Origin: Octopus vulgaris
Taxonomy: Eukaryota
DNA length: 64,000 nt
NCBI GenBank assembly: GCA_951406725.2
Contig: OX597815.1
Coordinates: 82,026,001-82,090,000 of the forward strand
Direction: 5' to 3'
Below are positions 52,501-64,000 of the stretch, in pieces (the first letter of the stretch is position 1; every line of letters begins with the position of its first letter). The notes beneath the pieces are model-generated. The model ran no database searches, had not been told where the DNA came from, and saw nothing but the letters and a program-made list of their open reading frames with translations. The position numbers and the translations under genes were made by a program.

Positions 52501-53928
52501 TCAATACATAAAAGAGAATTGGAAACGATTCCTGGACGATTGTTTTATACTCTGGAATGAAAACACAGATAAACTCCTAAAATTCAAAACCTATTGAACA
52601 GCATAAACCCAAATATACGGTTCACAATGGAATACAACAAAAAGGAACTCCCATTCTTGGATATACTAATTAAAAAAATTAACCTTAAAATAGAAACAGA
52701 CATTTTTTACAAAGCCACAGACGCCAAACAATACCTACTTTTTGATTCATGCCACCCAAGACACACTAAAACAAACATCCCCTTCAACCTTGCAAGAAGG
52801 ATATGCACAATAGTGTCAGAACAAAATACCAGGAACTTTAGACTGCAAGAACTCAAAAACACCCTAATTGACAGACATTACCCAGCTCAACTCATAGAGG
52901 ATGGGATCAGACGTGCAACAGAAATCAACATAGAAACTTTGAGAAAAGTTCAACACAACAACACACCTTCCCCGAAAATACTACCTTAAATATCCACATG
53001 CAACCCCAGAAACAAAGAAGCCTTCACCATCATCACCCAGAATTTACCAATACTTCATAAGGACCCCAAATTAAAGGAAATTCTAAACATACACCAAATC
53101 CTTAAAAGCTACAAACAACCTAAATCACTTAAAAAGATTCTCACAAAGGCAAAATTGTTTTCTGAAATTACGGATGCAAAAGTAAAAAAATGTGGTAGAT
53201 CGAACTGTGCAACATGTCCAAACCTGCTAGATTCTAGAATGATCAGAATTCCTCTTCAAAGAGGGACAGAAATTCAAGATCAAATCTAATTTTACTTGTA
53301 CCTCTGAAGACATAATTTATGTCATAAAATGCTCGGGCTGCCACCAAAACTACGTGGGGTCCACGGGACTATCACTCAGACGTAGATGCACACTGCATCG
53401 ACAACAGACTGCATTCCCAGAATACAGAATGATACCCTTTAGTGAGCACATTGAGAAATGCGCAAAGCAACTACTACCACAATTTTTAATCTTTCCATTT
53501 TACCAATGTGCTATCGGAACACCAACGCAAATTAGACTAAACAAGGAAACATTCTTCATTGAAAAATACAAGCCCAAACTTAACCATTCCAGCATTCTTA
53601 TACACTCCCAAAAAAAGGCAAGAAATATTAAGCGATTATCTCCCTTACACCGGAAGAAATCACTTATTACCTCCCCTTATCTGGAACTCTTCTCCACACT
53701 TCTCAACGTAAACATAACGATGTAAGAAATTTGAAAAGCTGAACGCGAAACCGGTCATTTCTTCAAAAACTATGTCATTGTATGAAAAAAAATTTATAAC
53801 ATTCTTCAGACATAATGACTCAAATATATATTTTTTAACCTTTTAAAACAAGCCTTCTGTAGTTTTTTCACTTTTTACTATTTTCTATATATTCAACCAC
53901 GTGCTTTCACACACCAACTTTCTCACCT
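52501..53928 (+). mobile_element. Decayed Naiad-like PLE 3' part with pLTR
   Basis: YIKENWKRFLDDCFILW, LPFLDI, SCHPRH.K.NIPFNLARRICTIV, CGRSNCATC, IIYVIKCSGC..YVGSTG and KPKLN. Has stops and frameshifts; ends at (TA)n. Confidence 0.9.
53724..53763 (+). ncRNA. Type-I hammerhead ribozyme with U3:A8 core variant
   Basis: aagaaat-TTGAAAA-gc(tgaac)gc-GAAA-ccgg-TC-atttctt; 7-bp helix I; GUC site. Confidence 0.7.
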
Positions 53929-53933
53929 ATATA

Positions 53934-53979
<46 letters not shown>

Positions 53980-54002
53980 CATACATACATACATACATAA
54001 GT

Positions 54003-54033
<31 letters not shown>

Positions 54034-54193
54034 TTATATACACACGTTGCATTATTATCCAGGCTTGCCAGTTATTTAAAATAGAGACATATCGTTATAT
54101 TCACTTACGTTTCACTTTTTCTATTGAGCATCAATGTCTTTCGACGTACACCTACGTACGACCTTGTAGCTTAGCGCTAAATCTCTTTACTTT

Positions 54194-54253
<60 letters not shown>

Positions 54254-55162
54254 ACACACACACACACACATCATACACATATTTGTGGTTTAATCTCGGC
54301 TTACTCACTAGGAAACGAATATAGAATATCAAATCATACATATGTAACTGAATTTTTATTCGGTTTCGTTACTAGTGGAGATTGATAAACCGGGATTGAG
54401 AAGCGGATGTTTTTATACTTTCTGAACAACGTATATAGTGTAGACGAAGCCAAAGTGCAAGTTAATAAAATATGAGAGCTTAGTGAATATTTAAGCTGTG
54501 CTTCTTCTGTTAATGGATCAGTGCAATTATCGATGTACTCGAAACCTTTATGTTACTTCAGTCTTCATATTATCTTCCACTCTCACTAACTCTGTAATCA
54601 TTTCTCTCTCATCATTTAAAGCAAGCCTATTTATGAAAACATTTAATTGTTGTTGATTCTGCTTTGCAATGTTTCGAAAAAACGATTTCGCGATCGAGTT
54701 TGCTTTAACATAGAATTACAGAATCAAATACCACCAAATGCGTCTTTAAATATATTCATTTGTGGTAAAAGGCGTAGAATAAAAAAAGATTAGCGCAGGT
54801 ATGGTTGTGTGGTAAAAAGCATGCTTCCCAGCCACACGGTTCCGGGTTCAGCCTTACTGCGTGGCCCTTGGACAAGTGTCTTCTACTATAGCCTCGGGCC
54901 GACCAAAGCCTTATGAGTGGATTTAGTTGATGGAAACTGAAAGAAGCGCGTAGTGTATGTGTGTGTGTGTATGTGTGTGTTTGTGTGTGGTTGTGACTAT
55001 CTTTGCAGCCTCTCACCGATTGTCAACCAATGTTAAGTGTGCTTAACATCGGCTACAACCTCTCACCCATCTAGTTTGTAGCCGTAGAGATTCCTGTGTC
55101 TATTATACTAAACAAAGCTAACGAAGGATACTCATTGAAAAAGAATAAGAAAAAGTGAATAA

Positions 55163-55322
55163 TAGGCGCAGGAGTGGCTGTGTGGTATGTACCTTGCTTA
55201 CCAACCACATGGTTCTGGGTTCAGTCCCACTGCGTGGCACCTTGAAGAAGTGTTTTCTGCTATAGCCTCGGACCGACCAAAGCTTTGCGAGTGGATCTGG
55301 TAGACGGAAACTGAAAGAAGCC

Positions 55323-55358
<36 letters not shown>

Positions 55359-55423
55359 GTGTATGTGTGTGTGTGTGTACATATATATATATATATATAT
55401 GTACACACACACACATACACACA

Positions 55424-55480
<57 letters not shown>

Positions 55481-55778
55481 AGCGTTAAGAGCACCATCCG
55501 AGCGTGATCGTTACCAGTGTCGCCTTACTGGCACGTGAAAAACATCCGAGCAAGGTCGTTGCCAGTATCGCTGGACTGGCCCTCGTGCCGGTGGCACGTA
55601 AAAGAACCCACTACACTCTCGGAGTGGTTGGCGTTAAGAAGGGCATCCAGCTGTAGAAACTCTGCCAGATCAAGATGGTGCTGCCATCTGGTTCGCCAGA
55701 CCTCAGTCAAATCGTCCAAACCATGCTAGCATGGAAAGCGGACGTTAAACGATGATGATGATGATGATGATGATGATG

Positions 55779-55820
<42 letters not shown>

Positions 55821-56030
55821 TTGTGTGTCTGTGTTTGTCCTTCCATCATCGTTTAACAACCGACGCAGGTGCGTTTACGTCCCCGTAACTTAGCGGTTCG
55901 GCGTAACAGACCGACTGAATAAGTACTAGGCTTTAAAAATAAGCCCTGGGGTCGATTTGTTCGACTAAAACCCTTCAAAGCGGTGTTCCAGTATGGCTGC
56001 AGTCAAATGACTGAAACAAGTAAATGAATT
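55163..56030 (+). mobile_element. Family-B SINE with a different retroposon 3' tail (55479-55780) nested in its microsatellite
   Basis: Head at 55163. The insert ends GGCGTTAAGAAGGGCATCCAGC...GACGTTAAAC(GAT)n; the family-B tail resumes at ~55820. Confidence 0.75.
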
Positions 56031-56274
56031 AGAGCAAGAATGTGTGTGTGTGTTTCCCACCACCGCTTGACACCAATCACTTAGCAACCCTTGTAACGTA
56101 GCTGTTCGGCAAAAGATATCGACAAAATAAGTTCCATGCTTTAAAAATAGCACTGAGGTCGTTTCATTCAACTAGAAATTCTCCAAGGCGGTGCACCAGC
56201 ATGGCTGCAGTCTAATCACTAAAAGAAGTAAAAGATAAAAGATACAGATATGAGGAACTCGAAATTCCGCCCTA

Positions 56275-56496
56275 CTCTTACTCTTTTGTACTCTTTTACT
56301 TGTTTCAGTCATTTGACTGCGGCCATACTGGAGCACCGCCTTTAGTCGAGCAAATCGACCCCAGGACTTATTCCTTGGAAGTCTAGTACTTATTCTATCG
56401 GTCTCATTTGCCGAACCACTAAGTTACGGGGACATAAAAACACCACCATCGGTTGTCAAGCGATGCTGGGGGACAAACACAGACACACAAACATAT

Positions 56497-56545
<49 letters not shown>

Positions 56546-56716
56546 TATATACGACGGGCTTCTTTCAGTTTCCGTCTACCAAATCCACTCACAAGGCTTT
56601 GGTCGGCCCGAGGCTATAGTAGAAGCCACTTGCCCAAGGTGCCACGCAGTGGGAATGAACCCGGAACCATGGGGTTGGTAAGCAAGCTACTTACCGCACA
56701 GCCAGTCCTGCGCCTA
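56275..56716 (-). mobile_element. Family-B composite SINE
   Basis: Consensus match. Confidence 0.85.
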
Positions 56717-57312
56717 TACTAGCTATTCAACTAGCTCTTAAGATCGACTATATCCAAATATATTTCTTTATCATTTCTATTTTAACTCCCATGCTATGTT
56801 GCGAAGGTTATACATCTACAAAGCTTGTAAAGTAGTTTTAAAGACATCAAATAAAACTATCATAGCAAGTACAAAAGGCATATACAGAACACCCAATCTC
56901 TATAATACATCGTGCAGTCACTTGAATCAACAATATCCAAATCTTGATCATCTTGTCTGTTTATGGGATATTTCATGCTACACTACCCTCCAGTGAGTCT
57001 GTCTTGTTATAAAACATTGTTCATGCTGTCCGAGATCTACACAAAGTCTCTCTCGTAGGTTCATAATTCAATAATGTTTTAAAATTTTGGCACAAAGCCA
57101 GCAATTTTACTAGGACTTATTTCATCGATCACGACTTGATGAATGACAAGGTCAACCTCGGCGGAATTTGGAAGAGGACGTAAAGGACTAGAAAAAATAC
57201 CACTCAGCATTCTATCCGACTCGCTAATGAATCTAGCAACTCGCTGCCTGTCATAATTCAATAACATAATGCTCGTAGGCTTGAGCAAGCTAATAATACA
57301 AACAGTAGAATA

Positions 57313-57933
57313 AAGGCGGCGAACTGGCTGAATCGTTAGCACGCCGAGCGAAATGCTCAGCGGTATTTCGTCTGCCGTTACGTTCTCAGTTCAAATTCTA
57401 CCGAGGTCGACTTTGCTTTTCATCTTTTCGGGGTCGATAAATTAAGTACCAGTTACGCACTGGGGTCGATATAATCGACTTAATCCGTTTGTCTGTCCTT
57501 GTTTGTCCTCTCTGTGTTTAGTCCCTTGTAGGTAGTAAAGAAATGGGTATTTCGTCTGCCGTTACGTTCTGAGTTCAAATTCCGCCGAGGTCGATTTTGC
57601 CTTTCATCCTTTCGGGGTCGATTAAATAAGTACCAGTTACGCAGTGGGATTGATGTAATCGACTTAATCCCTTTGTCTGTCCTTGCTTGTCCCCTCTATG
57701 TTTAGCCCCTTGTGGGCAATAAAGAAATAAGAAACGTTAGCACACCGGACGAAATGCTAAGCGCCATTTCGTTTGTCTTTACGTTCTGAGTTCAAGTTCC
57801 GCCGAGGTCGACTTTGTATTTTATCCTTTCGGGGTCCATTAAATAAGTACCAGTTACGCACTTGGGTCGATGTAATCGACTTAATCCCTTTGTCTGTCAC
57901 CTCTATATTTAGCCCTTTGTGGGCAATAAAAAA
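57313..57933 (+). mobile_element. Tandem family-A SINE array
   Basis: Three units; an inverted degenerate copy lies at 57079-57249. Confidence 0.85.
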
Positions 57934-58289
57934 ATAACAAACAATAGAATTACAACTCCGACAGGAAAGTAGTCACCGTATTAACGGGTTGATGGGATAC
58001 AACAGATTCACTAAACATATCATCAGCAAATCTTACAGTTTTCATTGGGACATGTGTAAAAGAAAATTTAGGAAATTTTAGTATAAAACGCGCACGTTTC
58101 GATAGTGGGAACAATAACAAAAATTGAATGAACATAGTATGCTTCCTAATTTAAGTAAAAGCGTCATGGAGAAATCTCACCGAATCATATATAAAGATTG
58201 CATTTTTGAATTTAAAAGAAGCGCTTGAAAATCTCGTGGCTCTGTGGTAAGTTGTTTACCTCCCAATCAATGGTCCTGGGCTCAGTTTT

Positions 58290-58499
58290 GTTCCTTCTCG
58301 AGCCACACCTGGCTCATAGGGCCGGTTTCCCGGTTTCCTTGGCGTATAGGTTCCCCACCTGGACGGGACGTCGGACGTTGCAGGTGAGCTGCAAGAGGAA
58401 GGAGTGAGAGAAAGTTGTGGCGAACCCGCGACCTGAGATTCGAACCCGCGATCCCTTGACCGCGAGTCCGCTGCTCTAACCACTAGGCCATGTGGCTCC
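58290..58499 (-). mobile_element. Third tRNA-derived SINE inserted in a family-B head
   Basis: Minus strand: A-box TGGCCTAGTGG and B-box GGTTCGAATC; the host SINE resumes at CCACTGCATGGCACC. Confidence 0.7.
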
Positions 58500-59204
58500 A
58501 CTGCATGGCACCTGGGCACGTGTCTTCTATTTTAATTTTTCTTTCGAATCGACCAATACTTTGTAAGTGAATTTGATAGATTGGCTTACTAATCCTCTCA
58601 AAATTGCTGAACATGGGCCAAAAATTCGAAAGGAGTAATTTATTCTTGTAGAGAATTTCTTTTCTGCTTTTTTTTTTTTTTCATCACAGTGATTAAATCT
58701 GTTCAAGAAATGCAAGGGACAACACTTCGAAATTTAAATCAATTAACAGCAATTAAAAACAATTGAACGCTAGCATACAGTGAAGAGTGTGTCTGATCTT
58801 TGGTGAATATGGTGAACAAGTTTTAGTCTTATTAAAAACTCATCAACAAAATATATTCCCTTTATCATAACTGTCAGACATTCAGATGACTACACGATGT
58901 ATAGAGTTTGAGTGTTTAGTATATACCTATTATATTTATTAGTATATTTACTTTATTTGATGTCTCTAAAACTATTTTACAAGCTTTGTAGATGTAACCT
59001 TCGTAACACAGTATGGGAGTTAAAATAGAAATGAAAAAGATATACTAGTATGTATTTATAGAATCTTTAAAGCCTACAAATATACATATTAACTATTGCG
59101 TTGACTTTTTACTTAGAATATATTTTCAACTTAAAAATAAATCGAATTCGGTTATATGTGGGTGTGGACAGCTAACCGTAGAGATGAATGTATAGAAACA
59201 AATT

Positions 59205-59243
59205 CACACATACATATATTCATGCAAACATACACATACATAT

Positions 59244-59290
<47 letters not shown>

Positions 59291-59502
59291 GACATACACA
59301 CACACACATATACATATATGCGTAAGTATACATAGATATGTATCGTTGTATGTATACATATATATGAACACATACATACATACATAGAAACATACATACA
59401 TACATATATATGTATACATACACACACATATAAATATGGATATATATATATATGTATATATATGGACATGTATATATATATGTATATATATGGGCATATA
59501 TA

Positions 59503-59534
<32 letters not shown>

Positions 59535-59769
59535 CATACACACACACACATATATATATATATATACACACATACATATATACATATATACACACACATA
59601 TATATGTCTATATATGTGGGCATATATATATGTATGTATATATAGGCATATATATATATCATATATATATACATATACATATATATATATATACATACAT
59701 ATATATATATACATATATATATACATATATATACATATATATACATATATATATATACATATATAAATA

Positions 59770-59805
<36 letters not shown>

Positions 59806-59848
59806 TATATATATACATATATATATATATACATATATATACATATAT

Positions 59849-59881
<33 letters not shown>

Positions 59882-59882
59882 T
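59205..59882. repeat. Degenerate (TA/CA)n tract
   Basis: Read directly. Confidence 0.95.
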
Positions 59883-61302
59883 ATGGGCATATATGTCATG
59901 TGTGATATGAAAGTCGTAAATAAGTGGTACACGGCATTTCTAGCCATCAGCGAACTACATAGCCGTGAGAAAACCAGACACCACGACGTCGATCAAACAG
60001 CATTTAACAAAATAAAAGGAGAAACAAATACGAAAGACCAATAAATAAAAACATATAATAAAGAAAAAAAAGAGTAAAGTGGATATGTGGGCTGGGAGAC
60101 CCCGCCTATTCCACCTCATCACCACCGGTTTTTGAACAATGACATAAACTACAGTGAAATCATAGATATTGCTCTGTAAGTTAATGTGGACGAGTGGAGA
60201 GAGAGTATGTGTGAGTGGGTGAGTTGGGGTTGTGATGATGAGTGTGAGGTGTTAGGAAGAAGTAAAATATACTTCAACACTTTGACTAATACCTAAGCTA
60301 GACATCTACCATCCTCACTATTCCCACCATCACCACTACCACCATCACTATTACAACTACCACATTACTATTATCACCTTACTATCACAGGAACATACAA
60401 ACCGAAAAATCGATCGAGATACACACGTAAAGAAAGAACGAACGAAAGGAAATTATAAACGATAAGCTAAAGACAACTCAGTTGTACATAACGATGGTAT
60501 TATTTTTTTAGAGCCTAGCCAACCTTGATCCAGCAGATCAATGATCAAAGACATTCCAGACGTGAACATCCCGTATTTATTCCGTCATAATTCGTCTAGT
60601 GTCACCTTAACTAATCTCTTTCTTTTCTTTTCTCTTTTATACTTGTTTCAGACATGTGACTGTGGCCATGCTGGAGCACCGCCTTTAGTCGATCAAATCG
60701 ACCCCAGGACTTATTCTTTGTAAGCCTAGGACTTATTTTATCGGTCTCTTTTTTGCCGAACCGCTAAGTTACGGGGACGTAAACACACCAGCATCGGTCG
60801 TCAAGCGATGTTGGGGGGACAAACACAGACACGCAAACACGTGTATATAATTTTTCCAAGACAGTAGGTGATTTGAGGAAGATTTGGTTGCTATTTCTAT
60901 TCGGATAAGTTACAAGAGTTTGAAAACATGCATGTGTGAGACAGAGAATCGGAGCTGTTTTAACAGCAATATAGATCTCCGGGCAAATAAATCAATACCC
61001 GATATTCTATAATACATAGTATCTACTTATTGGTTTCGAATGTTGGCACAAGGCCAGCAGTTTTGAGGAGGGGGCTAGTCGATTACATCGACCTCAGATA
61101 TCAACTGGTACTTATTTTATCGATCCCGAAAGGATAATAAGCAAAAATCGACCTTGGCGGAATTTGAACCCAGATCGTTGTAAAGACAGACGAAAAGTTG
61201 TTAAGCATTTTACCCGGCGTGCTAACGATTCTGCCAGCTCGCCGCCTGATAATATTTGACAGCAAGCCACAAAATACGTAGATCAGAATTGGTACTCTAA
61301 AC

Positions 61303-61921
61303 CAGTGCTCCGCAACCGGTGTGCCGCGGTGCACTGGTGTGCCACGAGGCGATGCTAAGTGTGCCGAAGTGTAACCTGAATATAATTTCTTTCTCTGTGT
61401 GTATCTCTGTGTCTGTTTGTCCCCCAACCCATCGCTTGGCAACCGATGTTGGTGTGTATACGTCTCCATAACTTAGCGGTTTGGCAATAGAGACCTATAG
61501 GGTAAGTACAGGGCTTACAAAGAATAAGTCCTGGGGTTGATTTCTTCGACTAAAAGACGTTGCTCCAGCATGGCTCAGTCAAATGACTGAAACAAGGAAA
61601 AGAATACCTGTTTCTTTACTACCCACAAGGGGTTAAACACAGAGGGGACAAACAAGGACAGACAAACGGATTAAGTCGATTACATCGACCCCAGTGCGTA
61701 ACTGGTACTTAATTTATCGACCCCGAAAGAATGAAAGGCAAAGTCGACCTTGGCAGAATTTGAACTCAGAACGTAACGGCAGACGAAATACGGCTACGCA
61801 TTTCGCCCGGCGTGCTAACGTTTCTGCCAGCTCATTTAGTTATATTTTTAGTTCAGGTGTGCCGTCGAATTTTCAAAAAAATTTAAGTGTAGTGCAAGTG
61901 AAATAAAGTTGCGGAGCACTG
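61303..61921. mobile_element. hAT-type MITE with nested SINEs
   Basis: TIR CAGTGCTCCGCAAC / GTTGCGGAGCACTG; flanks resemble NTCTARAN but are an imperfect TSD. A family-B tail (61395-61605) and a family-A SINE (61606-61833, minus) lie inside. Confidence 0.8.
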
Positions 61922-62929
61922 CTTCTAGAGAAAACGATGCTCACCCCATCAGGAGACTTGCTCAGCTGGTAAATAAAAAAATGGGAGCAGGTGAAGAAGG
62001 AAAAAGTGAACAGGTCTCACTGCAACAGAATCTTTAAAAAGCGATACCAAGAAATTAACAGAATCTGCCAACGTTGGATTACAGCCGAATAAATTATAAA
62101 CACACACACACAGACACACACAAACACGTACACACGTGTGTGTTCGTGTGTTTGTGTGTGTGTGTATATATATATATATACAAATGTTGGCAGTACTCGT
62201 AATGTTCTATCTAATTTATATCAAATTCTAGCTGTTAATTTAAAATGTGTTCGTATACATGCAAAATCTCCTTAAAGTAATACTTCGTTGTTAGAATATT
62301 TATTCACTGGAAGTGAGTGGCTGATAAATTGTCTGCGATTGTCTGTGAGAAACATGTGGAGCTAAAATAAAGTTTTACTTTATGTCAGTAATATTTATAA
62401 TACTTAAATAAAGCAATGGCAGGCATTATATAGCGTAAACGGTTAAATAGTCACTCGGTTAACCTTAGATGTGTTTTAAACCTCATCCATGTTCTGTTTC
62501 AGTCTTAATCGGCCTTCAAGTGTTACAATGAAGTCTTAGTCGCCCACCGTTGTTTGTATATTTGAGGCAAATTCTTGTGATAAATATTGGATTAAAGTGT
62601 GAAAGTATGCTTTGTAAGAATGGAATGCCTGTTTCTGGAGCTGTAGAATTATAATTATCTGAAAAAAAAAAAAAAAAATTGAAGAGAAGCTGAGCTCTGT
62701 GGTTTTTATCACAAACATTTATTGTACTTAATGCGTCAGTTGTTGGTGTACTTTGGTAGGCTAAGCAATGCGGTTGGCCGTTAAGTGATATTAATGTGAT
62801 TAGAATCCATTTTAGGATCCTGTTCTTTTCCTTAATATTCTGATCCAAATCGTTATTTATGATGTCGTGTCTCATTTCAGAGGTGTTGAGTGTTGTCATT
62901 CCCTCAGTTTACTATCAACTTATATATAT

Positions 62930-63117
62930 ATCAGTCGCCATGATAGATCGTTAGCGACTACACATATTTTTTTCTCTCCTTGTTTTTTCTGTGTCCCTTT
63001 CTGTAGAAGAGCGTAGGCTCGAAACGTAAAAGACTTTTTCTATTCCTGAGCGTTATACTAATAGATCTGTTTGTTTTGTACACCACCTGTTTTCGTCTTT
63101 TTTTTCGTAAACTCTCC

Positions 63118-63120
<3 letters not shown>
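62930..63120 (+). mobile_element. Orphan PLE pLTR-like fragment
   Basis: Homologous to 7280-7499; flanked by TA/CT repeats. Confidence 0.6.
62997..63032 (+). ncRNA. Minimal type-I hammerhead-like motif, A6U core
   Basis: cttt-CTGTAGA-a-gagc(gtag)gctc-GAAA-cg-TA-aaag. Confidence 0.6.
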
Positions 63121-63646
<526 letters not shown>

Positions 63647-64000
63647 ATATATGATACATATAAACATACAATGTATGTAGGAAACATATAACAAAACAGG
63701 GGATGTATTTCAACGCAGGAAAGATATAAAAAATATGTTGTTGAAAATGCACCTGAATTTGAAAAATTTGTAATTGTTTTTAAATATATGTATTCACATA
63801 AATACCAAACTCGTTTCAACAATATTTCAATAATGATAAAAATCTAGAATTGCGAAGTAAGAAAACATGTTTAAAAGATTCAATGTTTATAAAATTCAAT
63901 ATCAAATTTGATTTAAATGTTCACAACATTCAGTAATATAAAAAATGTGGATCATCTTGTTTAAATGTACAAAATTCAATAGTGTTAGAAATGACAGATG

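Larger units (their letters stand above)
56730..59075. repeat. Long degenerate inverted repeat pair (arms ~56730-57050 and ~58780-59075)
   Basis: CATTTCTATTTTAACTCCCAT..CATCTACAAAGCTTGTAAA..GACATCAAATAAA is mirrored at 58951-59040. Confidence 0.8.

Noticed and set aside
58425-58499. tRNA gene
   Set aside because: A and B boxes are present, but it continues into a SINE body with no clean acceptor stem.

Overview
AT-rich, microsatellite-saturated eukaryotic DNA with no confidently identifiable host gene. The SINE repertoire and repeat landscape suggest a cephalopod (octopus-like) intron or intergenic region; this is inferred, not verified. Nearly all listed ORFs are translations of (TA)n, (CA)n or (GAT)n repeats. 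Real coding remnants are all transposon-derived: a 5'-truncated but open Penelope-like element (PLE; RT plus GIY-YIG, Naiad-like) at ~29.8-32.1 kb, two more PLE fragments, RTE-, CR1- and R4-like LINE fragments, four Tc1/mariner relics and Helitrons. Non-coding elements include MITEs, a probable solo LTR and many tRNA-derived SINEs. The most notable signal is a set of at least 7 minimal type-I hammerhead ribozyme (HHR) motifs read by eye. They lie in PLE 3' ends or orphan pLTR-like pieces, mostly beside (TA)n tracts. Two have perfect cores, one has a compensatory U3:A8 core and two share an A6->U change.
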